Counted from the stretch's first letter, positions 36,453 to 50,124 are shown. The stretch is DNA of 64,000 bases from Octopus sinensis (GCF_006345805.1 NC_043004.1:105462001-105526000), one strand, 5' to 3'. Numbers and translations are program-made. The notes: a model not told the origin generated them from the letters alone.

Positions 36453-38105
36453 CTATAAAAGAGATATATGGATCCAGAATATCATGAATGCATAGAAATG
36501 CATTATTTAGATCTATAAAAAAAAATGAAACCAAACAAAAAAAACAACAATGATTTTGGTATCCTGGTTTTCAATGTTACAGACCACTGGCTCCTAAACA
36601 TTTTCATTTGCTATTGCTTATTTGGTTTCCATAATCTTAACCCCCATGGTAGTCTTAATCCTATAAAGAAAAATCATTATTCTGCATGACAATGTATATG
36701 ACCCATTAAAAAGATAACGTAATAAGAAAATTTCCCCAAAATAGTTACATTCAATTGGAAATTTATTTACAATTGAATTATAACATTGTTTTCAATCATT
36801 TAAGACCATACCATTTTTTTTTCATTACTCTTTTAGAAAGGGTAATATAGTTTGGAACATTTTAACACTGGGAAACTTGCTTCCTACAACTAACCATTCA
36901 AATATAGTGTAGAGCCTGTTTTGTCTGTGAAGCACATAGTGGAAAGTAGAATTAAATGTTAGGCTTAAGGGCATAATCTATTGATCACTGGAACTTCAAG
37001 AAGGGAAACTTCTGTACAGTCATTGCTACAAGAAGCAGCAAATCACCGTCTTAGAAAATGTAAGGACACATTAGATATACGTCTTAAAAGAAAAGTGTAC
37101 AGGGCATGGCTGTGTAGTTAAGAGACTCACTTTGAAACCATATGGTTTTGGGTTCAATCTCATTGTGCAGTACCTTGGGCAAGGTATCTACAACTATAGC
37201 CCTGTGCTTATCCAATGTCTTGTGTGTGGATTTGGTACACAGAAACTGTGAGGAAAGCCCATCTTGTGTGAGTGTGTATGTGTGTGTGTGTAATGTGTCC
37301 TTCCACTTCTTAAGACAGTAAGGGGTGTGATTTACAGAGGATGGATTTTGCTACGATTTATAGTAGTTGCAGTGATTGCATAGAGGTTTCCCTTATAGAA
37401 GCTCCGGTGATCAATAGATTATACCCTTAAGCAAACTACTTGACTCTACTTATGCACATATTTGTATATGTGTGTGTCTTTGTGTTTGTGTTAGCACCTT
37501 CCTTCAGTTTGGCAACCGGTGTTGGCTCACGTATGTTCTCATAACTTAGTGTTTCAGTAAAAGACATCAACCGATAAAATAAGTACCAGAAGTACTGGGT
37601 TTGATTTGTTTAACTAAACCCTTCAATGTGGTGCTCCAGCCTGGCCATAGTTCGATGACAGAAAGGAGTAAACAGGAGGGAAAAATTGGATGGCCATGGT
37701 TGGAACAACTTAGATAATAAAACTGCTTCATTATGGACAGCCTGCTGTTTAGTAACAAACAATCTATTGATTATTTGTTTGTTGTTTTTATCTTATTTTA
37801 TATCTCATTTCATCAACAATAACATCAGTGGTTACAGGTTTTACATTGAGTTGATCAGTGGTTCACTGCATTGCCATTGTTTGTGTAATTCTTGTGAAAC
37901 AAATACTACACAGGGTATTTTTATTTAGAAACATTGGTTTTTGTTTTTTGGGGGATTTTTTTTTTATTGTTGATGTTTATATCTTTCTTTTGTATTGACT
38001 GACAAAAGATGTACACATGTACACCACATGCACCACACACACACATAGATCTGTGTGTGTGTTTCTATATATATATTTATATAAGATATATATATATATA
38101 CACAC

Positions 38106-38158
<53 letters not shown>

Positions 38159-41119
38159 TATACATACATACATATGCATACATACATATATACACATATT
38201 AATCAAAGTGTACAATATTTATATATCCATCATGGCCGAAATTGCCAATCGATTTCACACTAGGAGATGTGTTAGGTAACAATATGATTATGTAACCTTG
38301 CATTCATCAGAGGTAGCCATTATATATACATATATATATATATATATGTAATCAAAATAATCAACAAGGATATCCAGAAGTAATGCAGAGTGAATGGGGT
38401 TCTTTTACATGCCACCAGCATGGGTGCCAGTTGTGTGACTCCAAGGATGTGGATAAATACTACAAAGATACTTTGTTCATCATTATACTGGTTCTGCCAT
38501 TCATTGCCCTTTAGGTTTTGATAACGAGAGGCTGAACCACTTCTACAGAAGCATGAGTTTTTGACTTACTTGGCACTGATCCAAAATGTGGAGTATAGTT
38601 TCTGTTGGATACATTTCGCATCTTTCAACTAATTTTGCTCTATTCTTGCACTTACTCTTTTATTCTGTTCACTTGTTTCAATCATTGGACTATAGCCTGC
38701 GTATATATTTGTAATTCATTTATAATTTGCTTTGTATGTTTATGTAACAAGTTTGTCCAGTCAATAGAGTTAATCACTCATTCATGGATTTTTATCACAT
38801 TGATAATTAATTAATTTCTATCATAATATAATTATGATACCATTATATAATGGTCTCACTTGCTTCTTCCCATTTTTTTTTTGTGTTTTTCTCTTTTGCA
38901 TTCTCTTTCTCTCAGTATTTATCTACCTCTTTGTCTGTCTGTCTGTCTGTGTGTCCACCCACCTGTGTCTATGTGTGTGTGTGTGCGCACGCGCATTCAT
39001 GTGTGTGTATGTCTGTGTGTATGGGTGTGCCTGTGTGCATGCCTCTGTGTATGTGTGTGTGTAATTGGCAGAACTGTTCAAGCATCAGACAGAATCTTTA
39101 TTCGTTTGTTTGACACCCATTTTTCCATGCTAGCATGAAATGGGTGGAGATTTATTTGGGGCAGCATTATTTTATAACCTGGAGGTCCTTCTTGTTGCCA
39201 ACTTTTACCTCTTTTATTCCAGTGGCCAAAGAAAACAACTGGTTGTAATGTCAACAAAGAATGGAAGCATCATATTACCATTATACTCAGATGGTGGCAA
39301 GCAACTCTGAAGAATGTCAACCCTTGTGAACTTAGGTGCAAGTGTGGCTGTGTGGTAAAAAGCTTGCTTCCCTAACCACATAATTCTGGGTTCAGTTCCA
39401 CTGTGTGTCACCTTGAGAAAGTGTCTTCTGCTATACCCCCGGGCTGACTAAAGCCTTGTGAAACTGAAAGAAGCCTGTCTTATATATATATCTGATCAAT
39501 GAAACAGCCAGCTCGTGAACTTATCATGCAAGTGGCTGAATACTCTACAAACATGTATACCCTTAATATAGTTCTCTTGAATTCAGTTTGACACAGAATG
39601 AAACAAGGTAGGTCTTCTGAACTATATAAATGAAGTGTCTTAAGGATACAACATGCAGCCATTGAACTCACGACCTTACAACTGTGAGTTGAATACCATA
39701 ACCACTAAGCCATGCACCTTCACAACATAAAAATACACCACACACACACACACACACATGCGTGCGCACACACGCACACACGTACTTACATAAGGACTTC
39801 CATGTTGTTTTCACCTACCAATTCCTCTCACAAGGCATTGGTGGACCCAGCGCTATTGTAGAAGATACTTGCTCAAGGTGCCACGTAGGAGGATTAAACA
39901 CAAAATCACATGATAGCAAAGTGAACTTGAGAAGCACTCACCCCTGCCTGAGCTGAGTATTTGTCCTGCCGCTTTGAAATCTGAGTTCAAATCTCACCAA
40001 GGTCTACTTCACCTTTTATCCTTATGGAGTCGATAAATAAAATATCAGTGTCAGGCAATGGACTGGCAAAGCATTAGCATCAGACAGAATTCTTTGCAAT
40101 ATTATCTGAGTTAAAAATCTGGCCATGCTCTTCTTGGATGTTGGACTTTAATCTATTATATTATATGGTTTAATATCATTATCCAGCACTTTTGGTGCTT
40201 TTAGTAGAATCCACTTTGTTGTGAGCTTTCAGACCAGCTCTGTAGTTTGAGCGAACCTTCTTTCCTCCATCCAACCAGTTTGAGAGAACCTTGTAAAAAG
40301 TCGTGGGTGCTGCCTTCTCTTTTGATGTAAAGAAATATCATTATATAAAATATATTGGAATCTCAGACTTCACAGAACATTACTCTAAGTTTCTTGTTGT
40401 TCTCTTGCCACAGTAATGTTTGTGTATGTTTGTTTGATCATCCATTTTTACATCTATATTTTCATGCTAGCATTGGTTAAGAAGTGGGGAATGGGGGTGG
40501 GAGAAACAGAGAGAGAGAGAGGGGATGGAGAAAGAGGGAAATAAAAAGAGTGAGAAGAGAAATAATGAAATAAAATGCTACATAATCATCTGAAGGTTGG
40601 TAACAAAATCTTGGATAAAGGTTTCTGAAGCTTCAGCTTCCAATAAATAATAACTATATTTATATGTACATGGAAGTACAAACTGCTTCTCATGATAACA
40701 TCATATGAAATGATATGCAATATCGTCCATACCTTTCATAATGCTACAGATGGCCATATTAAATTCAATATTGAACATCAAACAGAATCAGGATTTCTAT
40801 CTCTTCTGCTGAATTTCCAGTTGAAAGTCAGTGACATAGGTAACGGGTTCTGCCAATTCTATATGAAATTTCCTCATTTCAAATCAGTTTAACCCTCTTG
40901 TGTTCAATCTGAACACAGTAGCAATGACTTTAATCACATGATGTGAAAAAAAGAAAAACAAAAACGTATACGTAGAAATATTTATTTAATAACAAGAATG
41001 CTTGTGCCTAAGAGGTGACATAATACAGCATAATATATCATAATTTACCAGAATGGTCACTCAGAACTTTATGTTGAGGTAAGATTGAAAGAGAATAAGA
41101 GTACTTTTCAGAACAACTG

Positions 41120-41133
41120 CTACTGCATATCTC

Positions 41134-41194
<61 letters not shown>

Positions 41195-41254
41195 GTTGTT
41201 GTTGTTGTTGTTGTGTTGTTGTTGTTGTTGTTGTTGCTGTTATTATTATTATTA

Positions 41255-41295
<41 letters not shown>

Positions 41296-41318
41296 TATTA
41301 TTATTATCATCATTATCA

Positions 41319-41356
<38 letters not shown>

Positions 41357-41369
41357 GTTATTATTTTTC

Positions 41370-41414
<45 letters not shown>

Positions 41415-41450
41415 TTGTTGTTGTTTTTGTTGTTGTTATTATTATTATTG
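41120..41450. repeat. (TTA/TTG/TCA)n microsatellite, partly the tail of the adjacent element
   Basis: Direct inspection. Confidence 0.95.
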
Positions 41451-41920
41451 AGTGAGAGAGCAGTGCATGCCATCAAAGTGACACTGGAGTAAAATATACG
41501 AAGCCCAGTATACCCATCATGACTACCCGTCTGATAAGGGTACACCAGGCACATGCATCACAACCAAATGTGCGCGACATGGTGATCTCATATCAAGATA
41601 AACAGCACATGACCTTGCTGGTGGGACCCAGTTAGAATTTTCTTCTGGCCGAGTAGCCCACCCCGCTCAAATGGTCCCTGAATAAGGATTGTTTAAGGAT
41701 GTTGAATGAACCACCCATGTTTCCAAAGGTGAATTATCCAAACCTCTAAGAATTCCTTTCAATACATGGCTATGATGCTCTCCCACTACTTCTGCTCATG
41801 ATCAGAGATGCACATATCGTCAGTCACCAAGGGACATGCTCAACTGGTTAAGGTCAAACAACTGACAAGCAAATCTGTAGTATTGAGTAGAATATTTGCT
41901 GTAGCCCATCTTTTATACTA
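41440..41920 (-). mobile_element. 3' end of a retroelement with (AAT)n tail; second copy at about 58960-59345
   Basis: Shared gagagcagtgcatgccatcaaagtgacac...gggtacaccaggcacatgcatcacaacc...ctcatatcaagataaacagcacatg...gtagcccatcttttatac. Clade not identified. Confidence 0.7.
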
Positions 41921-42321
41921 TTATTGTTGTTGTTGTTGTTATTATTATTATTCACTTAACTGATTTATCTATGTCTATGTCACATCTGTGGTCCATCCTG
42001 CAGCTTAGAGACACGACACATTCCTCAACACATGAGTTGTTCCAAAGTATTGCTGCCATTTGAATATTTCCAAAGAAGTTTGGTATTTGTAGCTTTTGGT
42101 GCCAGTTACTACTACTACTACTACTACTACTATCATTATTTATCTATTTTTATTTTATCAATGGCTTAGTCAGAAGAGAAACGACTATTTTCAGGGCCTC
42201 CAAGAATGGTGGAAACAAAGGAGGAAGTTGTCTTCAGATAGGAAACCTGGTCTTAATGCTTGCAAAAGAGTGGATTCTGCTGAAGACACCTGAAAGTTTT
42301 GTGGGAGAAGGATTAAGTCTA

Positions 42322-43194
42322 TGTTGTCTGATCAATAAGTATCCGGACTGTTGCCATAGTAATGAAGTTAAAGTATGCAGAGTAAAACCACTTGGCACAG
42401 ATTGACCTTCAACTCTGTTGTGCATGCACACTAAGCTTTAATGTTCTAGCTCACTTCTGCTGTTTACAGCAGTGCTTGGAAGGAAGGTGTGTAGCCTATG
42501 ATCGTTGCATTGACCATGACAGAAAAAGTTGTGCAGAGAATTTGCATCAAATTTTGCCAAAAACTTGGTGATACCTGTTTAGAGGCCTATGCAAAATTTT
42601 CAAAAAGTTTTCATTATTTTCGACACAATCAAGATCTTGTGCAACTGAAACCCAAGTGTTCTTTTGGTCAGCTGAAAGCAGTTTTGGCACAAACTTGGCA
42701 GACACGTGTCTCATACCAAAATCTTCAGTGATAATGGACTAAATTGAACCATAACTAATCTGCGCATCCTCTGATAAATCATCGTTGATGATTCAATGAT
42801 TTCCTGTCTCAGCTGCATGCACATCTGTGATGTTTTTCCCATTTCTGCTGGTTCATCATTATCAACATTTATTTGACCATCTTGGAAACATCTGAACCAC
42901 TTGTACACTTGTGTGCAGCACAAACACTCCTCTCCATACACTTCCTGCAAATCTGCATAGGCCTCTGTGCAGGTATCGCCATGACAACTTTGTCTGTCAT
43001 GGTCAATGTGACGATCACACTCTACACACCTTCCTTCCAAACACTGCTGTGAACAGTGGAAGTGAGCTAGAATGTTAAAACGTAATGCACATGCACAACA
43101 AAGCTGAAGGTCAATCTGTGTCAAACAGCAAGGCACTGTGTGCTTTAGCTTCGTTACTATGGCAACAGTCCTGATACTTATTGATCAGACCTCA
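42322..43194. mobile_element. foldback mariner derivative built from two left ends
   Basis: TA-flanked ends tg(tt/ag)gtctgatcaataagtatc(c/a)ggactgttgccatagtaa. The plus arm encodes MTEKVVQRICIKFCQKLGDTC. The minus arm encodes a longer N-terminus including QVYKWFRCFQDG and SAKFVPKLL. Confidence 0.85.
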
Positions 43195-43856
43195 TATGCT
43201 GGAGAATAGGAATGATCTTTCATATGTGCTTCCACACAAATTTTCATCCAGCAAAATTTACTTACAGTGTGTGGGTAGATCCAAAACTGTAATAGAAGTC
43301 AGGGTTCATGCCAAAGAGGTCAACTATTGATAGGATCCTGAATCTCTGTGTACTCATTGGATGCAAGTGGAGTTTCCAGCAGGGGATGCTGGCAGCCTAT
43401 GTTGATCTCTGCAAGGCATTTGACTTGGTGGACAAGTATGTGCTTTGGAGGACTCTGGAGCTGTGAGGTGTACCTCCTCAACTGATCTAGCTGACAATGG
43501 CCTTTTACACTAGAATAGTTAGTTTGGTTCGGATTGGGTAGGTGGGGGGTCTCAACATCAGACTTTTCCTCAGTTAGATCTGGGGTCCATCAGGGTTGTG
43601 TCATGGCTCCAAATCTGATCAATGCCTGCATGGATTAGAAACTTAAACTGAATGGTGGCCCATTTCAGTTGAGGTGCACTCATTGTTGAGATTTTGCTGA
43701 TGACATAGTTATTCTTGCTGAGTCTCTGGATGTCTTAAAAATCATTCTGCTTTCACTGATTGAGGCAACAGAACCACTTGGCCTTAGAGTCTCTTGGGTC
43801 AAGACAGGGATCCAGTAGTCCTTCACTGGCTTCTTGGAGGACTCCACATCATCTGT

Positions 43857-44279
43857 TTCTTATTTCTTTATTGCCCACAAGGGGCTACACATAGAGGGGA
43901 CAAACAAGGACAGATAAATGGATTAAGTTGATTATATCAACCCCAGTGCATAACTGGTACTTATTTAATCGACCCTGAAAGGATGAAAGGCAAAGTCGCC
44001 CTCGACAGAATTTGGACTCAGAACGCAGAGGCAGACGAAATACCTATTTTTTACTATCCACAAGGGACTAAACACAGAGAGGACAAACAAGGACAGACAT
44101 ACGGATTAAGTTAGTTATATCGACCCCAGTGCATAACTGGTACATATTTAATTGACCCCGAAAGGATGAAAGGCAAAGTCGACCTTGGCGGAATTTGAAC
44201 TCAGAACGTAGCGGCAGACGAAATACCGTTAAGCATTTCACCTGGCATGCTAACGTTTCTGCCAGCTCGCTGCCTTCAT
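43857..44279 (-). mobile_element. family B SINE with duplicated body and tail, 12-bp TSD
   Basis: TSD cacatcatctgt at 43845-43856 and 44280-44291. One tRNA head is followed by two tandem body-tail units. Confidence 0.88.
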
Positions 44280-44694
44280 CACATCATCTGTCTCTGTTGC
44301 AGGTGGGAATGTTGAAGTTGTTGACCTCTTCACTTATCTCAGCAGTGAGATTTATACTGGCATTAACTGCAAGCCTGAAATCCTAAAAAGACTTGGACGA
44401 GCTGGTGCAGTTGTTAAATCATTGGACGAGAGTGTCTCACACTACCAATATCTGAGCAGGAGGACAAAGTTTCGGGCCTTTAGATATCTGGTCTTCCTTA
44501 TCTTGCTCTATAGGTGTGAGACTTGGACACTGTCCAGGGCCCTTAGGAGTCACCTGAATTCCTTTGGTACCAGAGTACTTTGTAGGATTATGGGTTACTA
44601 TTGGTTGTTTTTGTATCCAACCAACGACTCTACTCAGAAACTGGGATGCATCCAGTTACTTGTATGATTCAGGAGCACCAGCTCAAACTGTTTG

Positions 44695-45030
44695 ACTCTT
44701 TTACTTGTTTCAGTCATTTGACTGCAGCCATGCTGGAACACCACCTTTAGTCGAGCAAATCGACCCCAAGACTTATTCTTTGTAAGCCTAGTACTTATTC
44801 TAGCAGTCACTTTTGCCGAACCGATAAGTTACGGCGATGTAAACACACCAGCATTGGTTGTCAAGCGATGTTGGGTATATATACAATGGGCTTCTTTCAG
44901 TATTCGTGTACCAAATCCACTCACAAGGCTTTAGTCGGCTTGAGACACTTGCCCAAGGTGCCATGCAGTGGGAATGAACCCAGAACCATGTGGTTGGTAA
45001 GCAAGCTACTTACCACACAGCCACTCCTGT
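44695..45030 (-). mobile_element. SINE family A, internally deleted
   Basis: Tail and head present, central microsatellite region shortened. Confidence 0.85.
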
Positions 45031-45519
45031 CGCTCAATTTTCTGAGTCTGACCTTACTGTGTTTCCTTCACTGAGGATCCAGCTGGGTTGAGGGTTCATG
45101 TTAGTCGACCAATGGTCATGGCAGATAAGGAGGTGTCTCATGGAGATGGGGACTGACAGGGACTCTGCTTAACGAGTTGCCTGGAAATGATCTGGAAATG
45201 TACTGACAAATGGTAAATGCAGCAACATACTGCAATGGTGCACGTCCCTTACTCTTGTCCTCACTACTCAGAGTTTTATATTCCCAATCCTCAGGCAACT
45301 ATTTATAAGTTTGAAGTTGTTTATGTACACTGGCCCAAATGGCCTAGTTTCATCTGAAAACAAATTTGAAGGTTTAAATACAGGTTTCATAGATGAACAT
45401 GTAAAAATCATCTCCACTGCTGCTGACACCACCACCTTCACCACTGCCACCGCCACCGCCACCACCGCTGTCGCTACTTCCACCACCACCACCACCACCA
45501 CCACTACCGTCGTCATCAA

Positions 45520-45557
<38 letters not shown>

Positions 45558-46729
45558 CCATCACCATCAATCACCACTTTCTTCTCAGTATTAAAGAGGG
45601 ATAAGTGATGTGATATTCCATCAACGTTTTCTCCACAAAGATGTCATTATTCGCACTGTCATACAGCTTTGCAATCTGGAACAAATCATGCTTCTGATCA
45701 TCTGATTTTCAGATATTGGTTAAAACCTCTTCTGTTTTTCTCTTTGTCATATATTTCTTCTCTTGTAATTACATAGTATTATTCCTAGCACCCCGACTTT
45801 CAAAGCCTGTCTCTTGCACCTCCATTTTCTAGCCCTATCACTTTCTAGACCTATTTCCTTTTAGCTCTGTCTTTTTCTAGGCCTGTCTCTAGGCTTTTAT
45901 GGCTCTACCTACTCTGCTGTTTTGCTATGCAAACACACATGGTAACACATGCTATGTATGATAGCATTTTCAATTAAGTTCAGTGAAACATAATGATTGC
46001 TAATTCTTGATGATATAAAGGATATTTCAGTTGTCAAGCAGAAGTAGTTGTTATGCTGCAGTGTTTGGGAACTTCACATCTTTCCTTATCACTTTTCCTA
46101 TCTTTTCTTTTCTCTTTCCATCTTTTTCTGTTTTCTGTTTTTCCCTGATGTCCTGGACAATTAATGTTAAACTTACTCAGCATGATTTTTATAATATAAA
46201 CTCACACACATACACACAAAAACATGAAATAGCCTCTTTAGAAAACTGTTGTCTACATGAAAATAATTGAAGGTAGGTAACTTTTCTACAGATGCAGGAG
46301 AGTTATAGTTCTTGACTAGTTAAGCCACATCTAGTTAAGTATTTTACACCTGAAACACCCGTTTTAGAGCTTTTAATTAGGCTATCACCTAACCAAAAAC
46401 CCTACTACTTCTCAAAGGATTCTGCATGTAAACTTTTAGCTGAAGAATTTAAGAAATTATGTTATTAAAAGAAAACAAACAAACATCCATTTAAAGATAT
46501 GCATTATATAAGATACAGAAAGCTACCTGGGTTAATAAAATGTACAGAAAAATGTCTGTATGTACATGTGATTATTTTTCCTGTCACCCATCCAGTTTTC
46601 CAAACTGCTGTGGGTTCCTGGGAGTGAGGCGGGTGTTTGGAGCATCTGCTGTTGCAGCTGTTCTTTCTCCTACCTGCAGTTAATCAGTGAGGCTTATATA
46701 GGTGTGGTTCAAATATATATATATATATA

Positions 46730-46761
<32 letters not shown>

Positions 46762-47005
46762 GATGCTTATATCTACATAGAATTACAATAGTTACATACA
46801 AATCTCATATATTTATGCAAGCTGAAATACATACACACGCATGTGTGTACATACACACAAATGTGTTTATGTGTGTATGCATGTGTGTGAATGTGTGTGT
46901 GTGTGTGTGTGTGTGTGTGAGTGTGTGTGTGTGTGTGTATCTGCACATGCATGCTTTTGTTATATTTACATGTATAAGTAATTATATAAATATATTTGTG
47001 TAGGC

Positions 47006-47047
<42 letters not shown>

Positions 47048-47347
47048 GTGTATATCCACACACATACATATATGGTTAGCTAGTTGTCGATGATGACCAA
47101 GGATATCACGGAGGGGGGGGGGAGGACGTGACATGCTGTGTCTGGCTGTGGCCATTCAGTCCAATGCATGCTTGGAAGGCTCTGATGCAGAGCAGGTATG
47201 AGTGGTCATCTGGGACTGAAGGTCTTATACATGTGAATATAACACATACTGACACACACACGCATACAATTGTTCGTTTGTTTTCCACCTGCCTTCGTCT
47301 TTTGTCTATTTTCATAAAGCTTCCCGCATATATATATATATGTATGT

Positions 47348-47753
47348 GCGTCCCCAAAGTCCATCCCCTACTCACTGTGGTGGGGACACTGGCAACGGGT
47401 AGTGTCAGAGCTATGCCATCGGGAACTTCGGTTCCTGGTAGGGTCACCCAAGGCGGATTGGTCTGCCACCGAGTGGTATTAGGGCCACAACCCGGCAAAC
47501 AGGACTCTGGTGAAAATCCTCGGAGTATCTGTATCGGCAACTGGCGGCTCCTCGGCCGTTCTGCCTCTGCGTCTGCGGACAATCTGCAGCAAACAGGATG
47601 TCTCTACATGCGGGTTTGTTGGGGACCGCTTGTCAAATCCACACATTCCCACGAAACTTCTTCCATGAATTCTCAATGGCGAATACAATGCCTCGAGGGT
47701 GGTGGAAGAAGCCGACTCAACCCGGCCAGGGTGAATGTCGCCACAAGTACAAG
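47348..47753 (+). mobile_element. compact GC-richer, hairpin-rich element; putative bipartite (5'UTR + 3'end) RTE derivative
   Basis: Flanked by a 13-bp low-complexity direct repeat tatatatgtatgt (47335-47347, 47754-47766). Ends ...RVVEEADSTRPG* then CAAGTACAAG. Contains several hairpins. Confidence 0.5.
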
Positions 47754-47824
47754 TATATATGTATGTACACATGTGCCTACATACATAGGCTTGCATGTGC
47801 AGACACACGCATATACATACAGTT

Positions 47825-48212
47825 GGCTTTGGACTTGAACAGTTTGCATTTTCTTTGTGCTCTTGCATTCCTGTTCTGTTGGTGCAGATTCACCAGGTTG
47901 GGGTGGTCTTGCACTTACATTTCCCAGATGCCTCGGTTAATCTCAAAGCTCTTCAGTAAGGCTTCAAGTGTATCTTTGAAGCATGTTTTTCTGACCCTCT
48001 TCTGTGTATTTGCCTTCCACCTCTTCTCTGCAAAACAGTCTCTTCAGGAGGTGTGCCGGGCATTTCAACAAGGTGGTCTGCCCACCTGATTTGTACTCTC
48101 CTCAATGGTGTGTAAATGCTTGGTAGATCAGCTCATGAGAGGATTTCCATGTCTGGGTCCTTGTCTTGCCAAGTGATTTTCAACAGCTTTCTCAGGCAGA
48201 TTAAGTGGAAGT
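47825..48212 (-). pseudogene. RTE (BovB-like) ORF2 C-terminal fragment
   Basis: FHLICLRKLLKITWQDKDPDMEILS*ADLPSIYTPLRRVQIRWADHLVEMP. Confidence 0.82.
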
Positions 48213-48279
48213 GGTTTATATATTCACACACATATACACTCACATCAATATACAAACATTCACACTCATGTATATTTAT

Positions 48280-48673
48280 TTATTCTTTTACTTGTTTCAG
48301 TCATTTGACTGTGGCCATGCTGGAGCACCACCTTCTTTAGTTGAGCAAATCAACCCCAGGACTTATTCTTTGTAAGCATAGTACTTATTCTATCGGTTTC
48401 TTTTGGCGAACCGATAAATTATAGGGATGTAAATACACCAGCATCAGTTGATGTTGAGGGGACAAACACAGACACACAAACATATACACACACATACATA
48501 TATATACATATATACGACGGACTTCTTTCAGTTTCTGTCAACCAAATCCACTCACAAGGCTTTGGTTGGCCCGAGGCTATAGTAGAAGATACTTGCCCAA
48601 GGTGCCATGCAGTGGGAATGAACCCGGAACTGTGTAGTTGGTAAGCAAGCTACTTACCACACAGCCACTCCTG
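48280..48673 (-). mobile_element. SINE family A
   Basis: Full head-to-tail match to family A. Confidence 0.88.
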
Positions 48674-49226
48674 TTAAATAGATAATATAGTTGAAAACTA
48701 GTTGAAAGGTTGGCAGTTCACATTTTGTCACCAGCACTACAATGTAATCATAATTAAAAGAAATTTCACTCAAAATTGGCTCAGTCTACGTAGCTGAAAA
48801 TAGTACCACAGAAAAAACAAAACACTATCAAATTGTTCAGAGGATATTTTGCATATATCATTGAATGCTAATAATAGTCTTGAATGATATAATATTATAA
48901 AAACAAAAATATTCCAGCTTCTTAGATTTGGCTGCTATTTCTAGCAAGTCAAGTACCTATATAGTGCATCACTTCCTGACTTGTTCAAAGCAGGTGTCGC
49001 CGTTTTGTGTTGTAAAATCATAAAGAATTTATTATTTACTGAAACACTTCAAGTCAATAAATGTACCTCCTGTAAGAACAGTTCTCTAAGTTGGTCAGAA
49101 GAAGTCATTAATAATGTAAATTGTCAACAAAAAGCCTTATCACTTATCAGACAATATGTAAAAATATTTTCAGAAAAGAAGCACTATTTCGAATATACAC
49201 ACGTATGTGCACATGTTACACATGTG

Positions 49227-49283
<57 letters not shown>

Positions 49284-49424
49284 TGTGTGCGTGTGTTTGT
49301 GTGTGTGTGTGGTGTGTGCAAGTTCAAACAGTACTCAATACCCAAGAGCATGAGTTGTTTATAGTTTTTGCAGCTACACACACACAAGTATATGTATGTA
49401 TGTGTGTATATATATATTTATATG

Positions 49425-49748
49425 TCGGTGGCACGTAAAAAGCACCATCCGAATCGTGGCCGAAGCCAGTGCCACCTCGACTGGCTTCCGTGCAGGTGGC
49501 ACGTAAAATGCACCAATCCGACCGTGGCCGATGCCATCCTCGCCTGGCTCCAGTGCAGGTGGCACGTAAAAAGCACCCACTACACTCACGAGTGGTTTCG
49601 TTAGGAAGGCATCAAGCTGTAGAAACATTGCCAGATAAGACCGGAGCCTGGTGCAGCCTCCTGGCTTCCCAGATCCCCGGTCGAACCGTCCACCCATGCT
49701 AACATGGAGAACGGACGTTAAACAATGATGATGATGATGATGATGATG
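49425..49748 (+). mobile_element. RTE 3' UTR copy with subrepeats and (GAT)n tail
   Basis: Three ggtggcacgtaaaa..cacc units, then ggacgttaaacaatgatg. Confidence 0.82.
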
Positions 49749-49758
49749 TATATGTATG

Positions 49759-49828
<70 letters not shown>

Positions 49829-50124
49829 TATACATATCATATATATATATCATCATCATCTTCGTCATTTAATGTCCGCTTTCCATGCTGACATGGGTTG
49901 GATGGTTTGACTGAAGGCTGGCAAGCCAGAAGGCTGCATCAGGCTCCAGTCTGATCTGGCAGTGTTTCTACAGCTGGATGCCCTTCCTACCACCAACCAC
50001 TCCGTGAGATAGTGGGTGCTTTTTACGTGCTACACAGTGGGACTGAACCTAGAACCACATGGCTGGGAAGCAAGCTTCTTACCACACAGCCACTCCTGCA
50101 CCTATATATGTATATCGCCATGAC

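Larger units (their letters stand above)
43205..45200 (+). pseudogene. decayed RTE-clade LINE RT region, interrupted by SINEs
   Basis: SGFMPKRSTIDRI, AAYVDLCKAFDLV, SGVHQGCVMAP, DFADDI, VEVVDLFTYLSSEI and LLYRCETWTL. Confidence 0.88.

Noticed and set aside
40195-40330. Minus-strand open segment KAAPTTFYKVLSNWLDGGKKVRSNYRAGL...
   Set aside because: All three frames are open for 30-46 codons and the splice signals are weak, so it is not distinguishable from chance.
40750-40839. Plus-strand 90-nt exon-like segment (DGHIKFNIEHQTESGFLSLLLNFQLKVSDIG)
   Set aside because: It has plausible AG/GT sites but no partner exons were found on the plus strand. It could equally be chance or a decayed PLE RT scrap.
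47470-47560. Pistol-like (GTGGT-ATTAGG-GCCAC) and HDV-like (GGC-TCCTCG-GCC; GGCGAAT at about 47678) ribozyme fragments
   Set aside because: The required pseudoknot partner (CCCTAA) and the HDV P1/P1.1/P2 pairings could not be formed by eye.
47128-47838. 236-aa ORF as a protein-coding gene
   Set aside because: It is a mosaic of microsatellites, a 59-bp repeat and the GC-richer element, with no recognisable domain.
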